Positions 27,601-41,350 of a DNA stretch of 64,000 nucleotides are shown one piece after another. The number at the start of each line of letters is the position of its first letter. The stretch's first letter is position 1. This DNA is from Lytechinus pictus (Eukaryota), in the NCBI RefSeq assembly GCF_037042905.1, contig NC_087263.1:14386001-14450000 (forward strand). The letters run 5' to 3'. Position numbers and translations under genes: made by a program. Below the pieces are notes generated by a model, which worked only from the letters and a program-made list of their open reading frames with translations, was not told where the DNA came from and ran no database searches.

Positions 27601-30600
27601 GTTCATCCAGAAGAAATGGGGGAGAGGCATATAGAGCTGGAATAAAATGTATTCACTCTATGGAGAGAGGCCAGGAGCGGTGCATAAAACACAGGTGGGG
27701 GAAGCAAGGATGACAGCTCCCATTATTTTTTTAGTAATGAGGAGAACTGAAAACGAGAGAGAGAAAGAATAATAAGAAGCAAGATCATTTTAAAAGGAGC
27801 TAGAGGTCTTTTACATTTGGTCCTACTTAAAGTGATAAAAACTTGAGGCCATCTCCCTCAGACCCCCCCCCAAAAAAAAATATATATATATATTCTTGCG
27901 CTGCCCCTGCAATCCTAATTTACTCTTAAACCTAGCTCGATCGATCGGCATGGGCACTTTGATTCGTTCTAAAGACTAGCCAAACGTGTTTAGGGTATGT
28001 TTTTTCCCCAAGCTTTTTCCCCGGAGGTCATATTTTTGCGACAACTTAATTAGGGGCCAAAATGTGTAAATAAAGCCCGCGAAAAACTTGTTTAGGGGGT
28101 TATTTTGCACACAGAGAAAATCTCGATCGTTTAGGGGGTGTTTGGAAATTACTTGGTCACGCGTACGTGTGTACAGCAATATATTTGACTGCCCCCCCCC
28201 CCCGGGAAACAGCCTCTATCAGTTATAATTTATTCCACATTAAAGCCGCAGTGCACAACTCCAAAATCCTTAATAGGCCTGCATTATATTCACACTAGCT
28301 GTTTTCCCTATCTCTTCATCGAATTCTCTTCGGAAACCACTACCGCTCAATCGCTCTCTCAAATCTCAGGAGCGGCAACAATTTTGGGGGGAGCTAGGGG
28401 CAGCAAGACGAGAGCATATTAGGAGAGTTACACGACCCGTTGCCCCGCCGGGTGCCTCTATTTTGGATATAGTTCTTTCTCATTTCTCCCCCATTTTCTT
28501 ATCTCGATCAGCTAGTTGAAAAATGAGATGAACGACTGCCCGGCCGGCAGTGCCCCCCCCCCCCCTATAGCGTCGCCCTGCCCGGCGGCCAATAATGTAT
28601 ACTAGCGTTCATTTGCATGACAATTCTAAACCTCAACTTCGCATTCATCATTTATCCTCTCAAATGCATTTAAGGCAGCTCGTTAATTTCCCTGCATGCT
28701 GAGCGTTTTAATTACTAATGGTATAGCGCGCGTACGGCTTCAATTCCCCCCCCCCCCCCCAAGACCTTATTATAAGGTCTTTGGGGGATTGAAGCCGTAC
28801 CTTCCACACACACTTTCATTTCATTTCATTTCATTTCATGGTTTATTTATTTCCAGTAAAAACAGTCGTACACATACTGCAGCTAAAAAGCTGAAATGTA
28901 TGTATTTACAAAGGTATAACAATTGCACATGTAGCATAAAACAATTATGTAATAATGATAAAACTAATGGTACGTTAAAAAAATTCCAGTATACAATGAA
29001 ATTACAGTGAAAATATACAATTTACGAGTTATTAAGAAGATCAATAAAATACGGTATTGCATTATGTTTAAAACGGGAGGTCCTGCATTTGTATTGCATA
29101 TACAATAGGGGCAGGCATTTATCTGCGTGTGAGAGTGGATGCTATATACAGATTTAAATAAAAATCCTGCTGACATTTATGAATTATCATCAAAACAAAA
29201 CATTTTAATTTAATTTAATCCAAAACATTACATTAAGGCAAAAAATGACAAATCATAGAATTCAATTTTTCACAAATGCAATAACGAATTAAAGATCGAT
29301 TATCACCTCAACACTTCAAAAAAAAAAAGTTGTTCAAGATAGCCACACCCTTGCCAACAAGCAAAAGGGATCAAACAGAAATTGACCCACAATAGTATAT
29401 GAAATCATTATTACTTTTTTCAAATATTTAAACTAAAATGTACTGTTTAAAATGAATATAAGACGAGAAATTGAGAATTATGAGTCAAAGCCAGTCGTAA
29501 TTGAAAGCAGATCAAAAGAAATGAGCCACAAAGAATGCAACTTTATTTTGAACAACTAATGGTTGATCACAGGAGACCGTGCATGAGACATAGACTTATT
29601 TTTACTTGTATTTATAATTTCCTTGACCAATTTTCGTGAAATTCTTCCCAAACATATAGGCAACGGGGGGTGTGCATCCCATTCCAGGATTTTTTTCAAC
29701 ATCATCGCCAGAATTCACGTTCAAGTTATAATGAAATCAAAATCGTTTATAGATTTTGATCTACACACACACAAAAAAAAAACGAGTTATCAGAAAGATC
29801 ATCTGAATACACAAAAAAACCCTCTTTAGTGAGATTCGTAGAGTGCCGTGGTAATATTCTGAATTACTTCTTTCTCATTTCTCTTTCTTTTAATTTATTT
29901 ATTGTTATTTTTTGTCTTAATATTCGTTTAGCTCAATATATCAGCTCGCTCTTCGCGCACGCGTTCTGCCTTTAATAAGATAAATTCCCTAGTTGCAAAT
30001 TGTCTACTTATATATTTTTTTTTGGGGGGTGTATGCTATACAATACTATCCTTATTGTTTAACTTTGTGAGCAGCCGATTAAAAAAATTCTCAAACCAAG
30101 ATGAAACATGTGTACAAGTGCATGTATTAGAACTAATAAACCCTGAAAACAACCATTATTGAGAATGAAAAGCTAAAACTACAAGGCAAACCCCGATTTT
30201 GTAAATAGGCGTCTTATAGACGCCTAAATAGTACACATAAGTGTATATATGGGATGAAATTAAGATGGTGTTTTCGGTCACTTTATATTTCAATTCTTGA
30301 AGCACTAAATAATTATTTTCGAACGCAATTTTTTCTGGGCTTCATTTTTGTAACATATCACAGACACAGGTGACAAGTGTGACCTTCTAGCTCAGATCTT
30401 TTAAAAGTCAAACCAATGTTAACCAATCACTTTAATAGGAGCTCCGCTTTTTTAGCAGCCTCCTCCATTCCCATATACCTATAATCTGAAATAAACCCCT
30501 CAAAAAGGTTTGGAAATCTGAGTTTGGCCATTAATTTCTCCCAACTCCCAATTTAACACAATGCATATTTGACATCATTCGAAAGATCATTTAATTCTCT

Positions 30601-30724
30601 TTAAAATGATACCATGCTTGTTATATGATCATGCCATCACGAAAAGAGCAGGATTCAAATGTGTTGGATGAGGTCTGAATTGAAAAGCTGCAAAACGAGC
30701 AGAAATAGTCATGAAGGGTCAATA

Positions 30725-32062
30725 CAGTGCGTATCAAAAAAACGGGACAGATTTGAAAAGTCTATAAAATATTTGTTTCAAATTATGATCTCTATATTTT
30801 GGTGTCAATAGGTGCTCTGAGTTCTTATCCTTCAAATGCCATCAAAATAATATTTCGTTCATGCTTGAGCGAACACGGAATGTTTTTGAGTGGGGTTAAA
30901 AGAGGCTTGCGCCAAAATGGCATAAAATTATAAATATGATGGTCGGACTTCTTGGTAATCAGCAGACTTCCTCTTAACCTTTTCATTATCTTTGCCATAA
31001 TTTTCGAATTATGCGGTCAAAATTCGTTTCCTAATCTACTTATTTGCTTGAATAGTTCTGTTGTTGTTCTTTTTTAATATGTTCTCTTTCAGCTTTGAAT
31101 ATTCCTTCTCTAAGCAAAAATAATTTTTTTTCAACCAAAGTATGGGAGAGCGCCATTTTTTCTCAAATCCTTTCATTATGTGCTACAAAGGTTATGGTGC
31201 CTTTGAACAGTGGCATACTGATGGGTGGGGGATCAGGGTGCCACCCCCCCCCCCCCCAAATAATAACAAAAAATAAATACAAAAAATCATGACCAAGAAA
31301 AAAAGTGAAAAGGAAAATCACAGAAAACATAGAAAATGAAATATGATATAATTTTTTTAATATTATGTCAAAATCACAAAATTTGATATTTTGATTAAAA
31401 AAAGTGGAAATGTTCTGCTAGCTCGCTTCACAACATCTCCTTCAAAATCGACACAATAGGCTACACCATTGCCATTGAAAGACATGAATCCTTTCCTGTT
31501 TGTCCTGCAAGCACATAATTAAACTTGATGGAATTCAATAACCCCTTGAAAATAGGATTCATGTCTTTTATAGGTACCATGATATAATTTGTTTCACATA
31601 ATAACAGGATTTGAGTAATTACAAATTCTCCCAATTAATAATGCAAATCTTCTTACTTTGGTTGACAAAAAGTCTTCTTTTTATGACGGAAAATTCAAAA
31701 GTAAAAGAAGTTTAAATGAAAAACAATATAATTCAGGTAAATAAATAAATTTGTAAATGAAATTTGACATCATAATTTGAAAATTATGGCAAAGATAATG
31801 AAAAGATTAAGAGGAAGTCTGCTGATTGGCCAAAAGTCTAATCATCAAATTTCTCATTTCTACCATTTTGGCGCAAGCCTCTTTTTGAACCCCCGACAAA
31901 AACGTCCCATGTTCGCTCAAGCATGAACAAAATATATTTTTTTAAATTGCATTTCAAAGATAAGATATCAGAGCATCTATTAACATCAAAATATAGATAT
32001 AATAGTTTGAAACAATTTTTTTATAGACTTTTCAAAACTGTCCCGTTTTTTTATACGCACTG
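30725..32062. mobile_element. Tc1/mariner-type non-autonomous element with long TIRs
   Basis: TA-CAGTGCGTATCAAAAAAACGGGACAG / CTGTCCCGTTTTTTTATACGCACTG-TA; imperfect arms of ~290 bp. Confidence 0.9.
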
Positions 32063-34667
32063 TACAGAACATGATTCTTTTGTCTGTGTCAACAGAGATT
32101 CCATGTTAATGTGCATGAAAACAATTACAAGAAACCGCTGAGAAACTCACTCTTCACCACGGAAAAAAGAACAGTGACTTTCAATATTGTGTCATTTTGC
32201 AACTCTTGAATTTCGACATTGCCCCACGTTTCAAGGTACTGCATCTCCATGTGAACCATAATCATATCATGCATTGTATCATTTTAAAGGGAATTAAATG
32301 ATCTATTCATTAATATTAATTACACATTGATATTTACTAAAACTGAGGAGAAATTATCGATCAAAGTCAGATTTCCAAACTTTTTTTGAGGAGTTTATAT
32401 TCTTTGTGAAACTAGAAATTTGTTATTTATTTTTTTATCAAGGTGTACTAAATCAAACATAATTGCAATCACTGGAAATAGAAATAAACTGAATGAAAAG
32501 ACTGTAAATAAAACGGGGCGAAAAACACTGCAGTTGCTGCTAATTGATGACTGAATGAGATGAATTATACAGATGTGTTGTTGTCACAAGCTTTAGTATC
32601 TTGGAGGGAATCTATTATTTATCTTCAGATCTTCTTTCCCCTGTCATATCGTGGATGGGAAAATGACGGATAATAAAAACCTTCGACATCTCCTGAAGTA
32701 AACTTCGTAATTCCACTCACGGGCGCTGCCAGTCACTGGCGTACATAATTGGGGGGGGGGGGGCTTGGAGGCTATGGAACCCCCCCCCCTAAACAAATGT
32801 CAATGACCTATAAAAATGGGAGAACAAAAAGAAACTGAAGAGGAAAATTTTTATTCTTTTATGAATATTATGTATAAATCTATTATGATTATATTGTTTG
32901 CATTAAAGATGTCAAAAATTTTTGATCGCTCGCTTTGCTCGGTTACAAATTTATTGTAATTTTCTTTTGCCCCATGTAGGTCTGGCGCCCGATCAACTTG
33001 TCTTCTCATTACGCTACTGCTGCCAGTCAAATGGGAAAGGTAGCCTAAAGGTGTATGAATTTTTGCCCCCCCCCCCCCAATACTTAAAAAATGTAATATA
33101 CAAAGTAAAGCGACATTCAATATTTCGCTTTTGAACCTCCCCTCTCTTCTACTCTCATCATCTGCCCTTGTCTAATTATTTTCATTGGTAGGCGCCTGCC
33201 TGGCCCAAACCTGAAAAAGCATAGGGGTACTCGCCCCCCCCCCCCTCCTGTGGAGGTACCGCCCTTGTTTCTACTCCGTTTAAATATTCCTCGTGCGATT
33301 TGACGATTTCAATTATCATCTTGTTGTCTGCTTCACCTGTATGAAAAACAGGGTCGTGAAAATGATTCCTCTCACATGCCTGAAACGTGATAGTAGTCTT
33401 TCATTCAGACAGTATAGGCCCTGCTACTCTAGCCAAGCCAAGTGGAAGAACAGAATCATAGGTTGTTTACTCGGATTTTAAGTCGGTTTATTCAGGGTCC
33501 ACACTTAACCTTTTTTTCTACTGGTCCGACCTGATCATGTCGGACCAGTACATACCCCAGTTTTTCCATGTTTTACTGCCACTCCTTGGAAAATCTCTTA
33601 AAAAATTAAAAAAAAAAAAAAAAAAGTTCAAACTTTCGTACTTATTTATCTAGATTAAAAAGAGTAGAATTCACTAATTATAACACTGGAAATGTCATCA
33701 AAATCTGATAACAAATAACAAAGTTATTTAGCAATATTTTTGTAAAAATGGTTTTATGCACATTTTATTCAATAGGCGGGCTGATGATGTCATGGCCCCA
33801 CTTCCTTTTTTTTTCCTGTGTCACAGTCATGAAATCATTTTTTATCAATTCATATTTTCACACAATGCGTGTATGATACGTCTCCCTTGCAACAAAACAA
33901 GTTAGAGTTGATAGTGATTACATTATATACATTAAATCATTTGTCAATCCAGTTTCTTTCAATCATGGTGGACGAAATTTGAATAAACATAATTCCAAAT
34001 CTTTTCCATCTCTTTCGTTTTCCTGTTGATCATCGAGGTCCGTTTGTGAGTACTGGGGCTGGATTCTAGAGACCTTTACACTCTCTCTTTTTCTTATTTC
34101 CTTTTCTATTTAATTTCTCCTATTTCTTTTTAATTTAACTGGTTCATGCTCAAATTGTTATTTTGATTTTTATATGCTATGTAACTGCAAGAATATTTAT
34201 TATGAGGCTGCACTCTACAAGCTCCGCTTTTTTAGCAGCCTCCTCCATTTCCAACCTGATATGTAATAATCTTGAATATAATTTTTGTACAGGGATACTT
34301 GAAATATGTTTTGTTATTTATAATATTATGTCAAAATGTACAAAACAAACTGTAATTGTTGAAAATGGAAATAAACGAAATGAAATAATAAAGTACATAA
34401 GAATAAGTGGAGATATGAAATCATATGCTTGGTCATTACTTATTGATGAAGACATGCATAGTGTTTTTTCACCGATATGAAGTAAACCTTGATAACTTTT
34501 ATTGTGTTCCTTGTCCAAATTTGTCCGGGCAACAATTGATGGAATTTTTAGTGTTTTGTTTGTGTGATTTTACTCTTTCTATTAAAAGCATATAATTTTG
34601 AGCCTGGATTACCCCTTATAGAGAGGAACAACTAGAGGTGGCGCTAAAGGCCTATAGGAGACAGGGG

Positions 34668-34728
34668 CAGTGGCGTACCTAGGATTTTCCACAGGGGGGG
34701 GCAAAATCGGCCGCCCAAAAATTTGAAA

Positions 34729-34769
<41 letters not shown>

Positions 34770-34957
34770 TCTTCAATAAAAAAATGTAGGTTCCCGTACC
34801 AGAAAATAATTTGACAAGCAAAAAAAAAATAAAAAAGGTCTTCAGGCTCTTCAGGGGGGACATTAAAGGTCTTCAAGTTCGTCTTTTGTATGGGTTGTAG
34901 CTCGTCAGGGGGGGGGGGGCAGAGTGCCCCCTCTGCCCCCCCGTAGGTACGCTAGTG
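34668..34957. mobile_element. MITE with 8-bp TSD
   Basis: CAGTGGCGTACC / GGTACGCTAGTG; GACAGGGG duplicated. Confidence 0.85.
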
Positions 34958-37158
34958 GACAGGGGCAAATGTGTTTTTTTTTTGCGAATAGGAAAATACA
35001 TGAAAAAATTAAAGGATTTTTTTTTAATAAGGAAAGAGTTGTATCAATAAGAAAGATTTTAGTCATCTAACTAGCTGAGTGAAGTGAAAATAAATGCTCA
35101 CATAATCGGTGGCGCAATGAGTCAAAAATTTTGAGGGGGGTAGATCCATGGCCAATCGCGAAAAACAAAAAGTTGCGGGCGAGCGAAGGAAGCAAGCATT
35201 TTTTTTTCTTCAAAAATCCAATATTCTGATAGATTTTCCCTTGATATTCAGAAAATAATATAATATTTCATCCTTCTCCTTTTTTTTTTTTTTTTTTCTT
35301 GGTCGAGAAAACATGGGTATTTCGCGCCCCAAGCCGGACCCCAAGCCCCGACTTTCCCATCTGTATGCCACTGTACAATATATTTTTTTTCCGCGGCGAA
35401 ATGCAGCAGCTATATTAGTAGTCTATATGCACAAATAGAATTCCACTCTCGCTCTCGCATTGCCAGTTTAACCTGCTCAGAACATTGTATAATAATGAGA
35501 ATTGAAACCATGGTCTAAGTTAAACCTGCATGACTTCAGAATACGGGCCCATATGGCAAAAGCTGGAGCCGCCCCTGCCATTGTTATGGCTAAACCATTA
35601 ATGCGATGAATGATTCTTTATATAGTTTGGGGACAATTACTTTTGCATTATCCCTTTTCCTCTTTTAAACAAAAAAAGAGAAGATTATTACATATTCCTA
35701 TGCAAATGCCAGGCCTGTACTTGTACATGCATGTTGATCCTTTTCCCAATTTACCATTTAATTTCTAATATGTTATTCTTCTATCATTATATTTGTATAA
35801 TCAGCATTGATGATACAGTGCCGGACAGAGCTATACATGGGGGGGGGGGGGCGACTGCCCGTTGTGAATACGGTGAAAAGAAGAAAAATAGAGGAGGAAA
35901 ATTATGATAAACGATCTTATAAAAAAGAGAGATCTTAGTATGTGTACAAGTGTACCCCAGCCTTGAGTGATTAGTCAACTTTTCAGGTTTTTATTTTCCT
36001 TTTCATCCTATATCAAAGCTTCTCTCTTTTTCCTTTGTATGGGCATTTAAGCGCTCACATATTTTGAGGTAGGCCTATACGTGAACGTCACCCCAAATCT
36101 GCTCCAGGAATCACCAAAATCGTAGAGGCGATTAAGCTAGAGGTGATTTCAAGTTCCCCCTCCCCCATGTGTCCCTGGACTAGTCTACCCCCTAGATCTA
36201 GACAGCGTACGTGTATGTGATTTTGTCTAGCTACATTAATTGAGAGCACGTTATTATGGACGGACTTGAAGGTAGACTAACTTTGTATTATCAAATTTAC
36301 CGTCGAGCATCTCTCTACTACTCAGCGGAATACTTATTACTGTTTAAGTGTTTATCATCCTTATTTATCGAATAAGATTACATTGTCTGCATTGATTGGT
36401 GGATAATTTTCTGATAAGAATTTTGAGAGAAAACCGAATGATCTTGAAGTTCTTGGAGTTATACAGGGAGCCCGACAGTGAGCACCAAGTTACACGAATA
36501 CGAGCGAAAAGCCAAAACAAAAGGGTAAGACTAAGAGTTTGCTTCTTCGTTACTGTCGGGGCCCTAGCGGGCTGGGTGGGTGACACTGCACCGTTCGTGA
36601 TCGAGAGCTCTCCTATTCTAACGTTGAATCTAGCGAGAGATGCGGGCAGTGCAGTGGATAGACAGGAATAACCGTCGTTTCTGGGGATTTATTCAACAAT
36701 TTCTGACATTTTACTGTAATCCCCATTAACCGACGGTAGGGTATACGTGTGGGCTCGCATGTTTTCTCATTCCCACCCTTTTGTCAATTCACAGTCCAAA
36801 GTTTGATGTAATTTTACACATCGAATTTACAATCTAAGGATGTATAGCCATCAAACTTTTAAACCATGATATTTAGTGAAGACAATATTTTAAACGATAT
36901 AGATTTAAAAGGCATGAAAAATTATACTTTACCGATGTTTAATTGGGTTGAACACGATCAAAATAGTCAATATGGCAGCCAAACTGTGAAATATTTACAA
37001 ATGAACGGAGAGGGCGTCAACAATCACGAATGTGATATCGATATTGCTTTCGATATTATACGATCTGCTCCTTATGCGAGCGAAACCGCTACGATCACAA
37101 GTAGCAGACGACAATCAAACGATCACTTTAGTTCAAGCAGCATAAACGAAAGGCCTGC

Positions 37159-37326
37159 ATGATGGATGCTGTAGCCAAGGGGATATTTGGGGAACACTTC
37201 ACTCTCAAGCCTGACCAGCGGGAAGCGCTACAGTGTTTGGAGGACGGGAGAGACCTGTGGGTCCAGCTCCCCACTGGACATGGAAAGTCGGCGATTTTCA
37301 CCGTCTTTCCGATATGGAAATCAAAG
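37159..37326 (+). pseudogene. RecQ-type SF2 helicase N-terminal exon (probably transposon-borne)
   Basis: LKPDQREAL (Q motif) and GRDLWVQLPTGHGKS (Walker A), then a GT donor; no downstream helicase exons found. Confidence 0.75.
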
Positions 37327-39605
37327 GTTATTAATTTTTTAATAGGCCTACTTTATTATAAAATATTGGGAAAATGATAACTACCGTAGTATTAACTTTG
37401 ACATTCAAAATGCAGCTTTCATCGTTTAGACCCAGATCTAGGTTTGTGGATCACTTAAATTCAAGCAGTATAAACATATGGCCTATTTATACTACATAAT
37501 CGTTTCAATTGAATATCAAATGGCACTAAAACACTTATATGATGCTATATCTGCATACTAGTCTAACACTGAACATAAAATGAGTGAAAAAATGATTTTA
37601 ACAGAAAATATTTTTATAGGTTAGAAGTTCCCATAGACCACTACTCCAACTGACCAGACATACAGTCCCAGTTAAATCAAATACACAATTTATTACGTTT
37701 ATTTACACCTTATTCTTTCTATTCTTCTTTCATTTTACACTATTTATTTTGTGTTGGGCTATTCTGATGACTGGCCACATTGAATGCATTTGTTTATTTC
37801 AATGTTTTTAAATCTTTTCTATGTGAACACTGACTGAAATTAAGTATAACGTCGATTATTGCAATCCACACAGTCAAGTCCTGGATCTTCTCGTATAGGC
37901 CTATACGTTCAAATCGCTGTACAGAGTTGCTATGATTGTCGTCTCAGGGGGATATGAGTCAATTTTGAAAAGACATTTCCAACATCTTTATACCTATCAT
38001 ATTTAAATGTCTGATTAAGAAACCTTCAAACACCCCCCCCCCCCAAAAAAAAAAGGGGGAACAAACTCTAAGAAATGATGTTAAAATTCTGCAATAGCTA
38101 TCTATTCAAAGTGTTATTTGAGGGCTCCAATTATAGGCTTTATCATCGAACCATTCAAATTTGAAGGAAAGGGGAGTGTCTCCTTTGCGTCGCTATTATC
38201 ACCACAATAGAGGCTATACTGCTTGTTTAAGACGACTCGTAATATTAGATCCATATTGACCTTTATACTCTCATGTAGGACCTTTAGGTCTAACTATTCT
38301 AAAAACGCAAAACTTTAAAGACAATCAGACCAATTAATGCTACACAGAGTGAACGCCAATTCAGATCCACCCAATCGGCTGGCAAGAAAAAAAAGGAGAG
38401 AAAGAGAAAGGAAGAAAGAAAGTGGGGTTAAAGAAGAATTATTGTCGACCTATGTTATAATGATAATAATAATGGATGTGTAATGCGCCAAATCCACTCG
38501 GCAGGGTGCCCGAGGCGCAGTGAAAGAAAGAAAAACACAGAGAGAAAAATACAAAGTATGTTATAATATATGAAATTATATTACGTGTATTTTTATTTCA
38601 GAACTATTTATGAAACATAATTTGCTTAAATGTTAGTCCCTACTGGTGCTTGCGTTGTCTGTTTGATGAGATAAATAATCCTGTTTAAGGAGATTAAATG
38701 GTTCTAAATCATCCCGTTTCCAAGTCCATAAATATACACCAAATATATTTCCTTGTATTCGGATTTTTCAAAATTATTGTATGTAGTGACATTGATTTTT
38801 TTTAATGACTACTACATTTGCCGCATTTAAGGTCTAAATATAAAACATTTCCAGTCCGTGCTTACGTTGACATTAGTGCATTGGCCATACAGTGGCGTAC
38901 CGTGTGTCACGGCATGGGGGGACCAGCAAAAAAAAATGAGTATACTAATAGAGGCATTTTAAGGGCAGTGCCATTAAACGGATATGTATATTACTGATAA
39001 AAAATAATGCTAGCGCCAAGCGCGAGCTGAAAATCTTTGATATTCAGACCTAAAAAGGGACACAAGCATTTTTTTGTAATTATGATACGTGCCCGTCTCG
39101 CTAAACAATGCAAAACTGCTGAAATGTTTGTATTTATTGACCCCAAACAGGGACATTTTAAGGACAATAGGCCTATTTTAGGAATCCATATCCATGTACA
39201 TATCTCAAAAGCTACGTTTCTCTTCCCTTCTCCCTCTTTTTCTCCTTTTCCCGTTTTTTAAATATTTTTGCCAGCCGAGGGGGGGGGGGTGCCCCCATGT
39301 CCCCCGTAGTTACTCCACTGATTGGTGAGATATGTCTACTCTTCATGACACGAGCGTAAATCCAGAGGGGGGTGGGGGTATGCATCCCCTCCCCCCCACA
39401 CTTTTCAACACAGAAAAAAAATATTCTTTAATTATCAAATGGTCAATAACTTTTAGTATGTGGATTTATCTTTAAATGCAGTCAAGGTGCTTAAATTGGC
39501 CAAGTTTTTCCATTTTAAAGATGAAAAATTTCTCACTCGGCCGCTCTGCCCCGCGCTTAATCTAATTTGGCCTTGACAATCACTACGTTTAGCTTATTGC
39601 AGAGG

Positions 39606-39884
39606 TTAATTTATATCCACTGCATTGATTCTACTAATTTTCTTTAATTTGGATTTATTTTCAATTACATTTGAATTGCTTTCAGATAATTTTGAAATTA
39701 TTCTGCAACATCTGTCGCAAATGAATTTTTTTGATTTTTGATCTGGTGTCACTTTAATTCCCAATGATTCGACAGCGTCAGCAGTGGTGTAATCACGGTG
39801 ATCCAATTTTGCATTCAAAGATCTTCTTTTATTAGGATGATTATTCAAATTACGGTCACAATTACAACACCAGTAGTCAGCCAT
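39606..39884 (-). pseudogene. Cys-rich zinc-binding ORF, possible transposase N-terminus
   Basis: CCNC...KRRSL...ICDRCC followed by a coiled-coil-like stretch; truncated. Confidence 0.5.
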
Positions 39885-40775
39885 AATTACTAAAATGAAT
39901 TAATGAATCAAATAAAATTACCACCAGCAATCAGCACACCTAACGTTATACATGGCAATATACGAATAAAATAATACGATACGATACACTACACGAAGAT
40001 AAACGATACTAGTTATAATCGCGATAAATCGAGACATGAAAAAGTTAATAACGATAATGACGTCATTCAAGATGGCAACTTGCAAGAAAAACCGTCAGGT
40101 CAGGTGAAAATGTCTTAGATGACAGATTTCTCAATCATCCAGAGGATTTTTTTCAATAACTCCGGCCCAAGGTATGCAATTAGCTTAAGTTATCTATATT
40201 ACACTGATAATGGAAACCATGAAAATGTCAATTTTGCCTAAAAAAAGTTTTAAATCGCGATCTATAAAACGCTAGTTCACTATACGTTGGCTGTAGCCAG
40301 GGGCCCCCTCCGCTTCAGTCTATGTATGGTGAGTGAGCCAACGCAGTTCAGCGGAACAACCAAAATACAGAGACTGAAGCTTTTGGTCTATGCAGTGGAG
40401 AGCCAGAAAATTTTGGAAAATTTTGAATTAAGCGCAGGATAAGCAGCAATAATGACTGTAATGAAACTTTTCGAGGGAAAGTTAAATAAAGGGATGGTCC
40501 ACTCATCTTAATAAATGAAATAAAATTCACAGAGCAAAATGCTGAAAATATGATAAAAATCGGATAACAAATAGGCCTAGCCTTGCCCCGGAGACCTCGA
40601 CACGTCTTTAGACAGTGTCGAGGTCCTGAATGCAACCACTCATTATCACTGGAGTACAAAACTTCGCGATGTTTGGCATTAGAAAACCGATGATCATAAT
40701 GAATTAAAAATCTAACGAGTAATATCAATCTTACCTAAACAAACTGTTCCTAAATCAGCTTACCTTTGAAATAAG

Positions 40776-41331
40776 TGTAGTAAATTTGCCATGTACCTGT
40801 AGTACCATATATGTATTAGTCTGTGTATTAGTATATATGTATTGATCTATGTTCATGTATATTAAGTCTGTGTATGTGCTGTGTGTATGCGAGGAGCGCT
40901 CCTGATTGGAGGAGCCTTTATATGCTCCTACGCCTGCTACGTGTGTGCGTTGCACAGCACGTACACAAGCTGGTGCTGAGAGATTGGATCCAGACAAGAC
41001 ACCATAGAGAGAAGACCCCGAGACGCCATCGAGTGAGGACATCCCAGTAGCTCCCCACTCGGCGCCGTGGTCTGTTAGAAGCAGCTAGCAGTGAATTAGT
41101 ATGCTGATATATGTAGTTATCTACCGTGTGGAATCGTCTGTACAAGTGTCAGGTGAGTATTAGTTGTTGTCCCTGTCCCGTACCGTCGAAGTAACCCATT
41201 TGTGTATTAGTGAGTCCTAATCCTTGTCAGTGTTGTACTTGTAAGTTTAACCACTCGCCATCGTTTATCGCATCGTGTCTGTGCCATCACATCGTGAACC
41301 CTCATCACATCAACATTTCGTTTTCACAACA
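40776..41331 (+). repeat. 5' LTR (556 bp)
   Basis: TGTAG..CAACA; ATTGG (CCAAT) near 40905 and TTTATAT near 40917. Confidence 0.95.
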
Positions 41332-41332
41332 T

Positions 41333-41350
41333 TGGCGCTGCGAGTTTTCG
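41333..41350 (+). promoter_or_regulatory. primer binding site
   Basis: TGGCGCTGCGAG.. begins 1 nt after the LTR; the priming tRNA was not identified. Confidence 0.75.
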
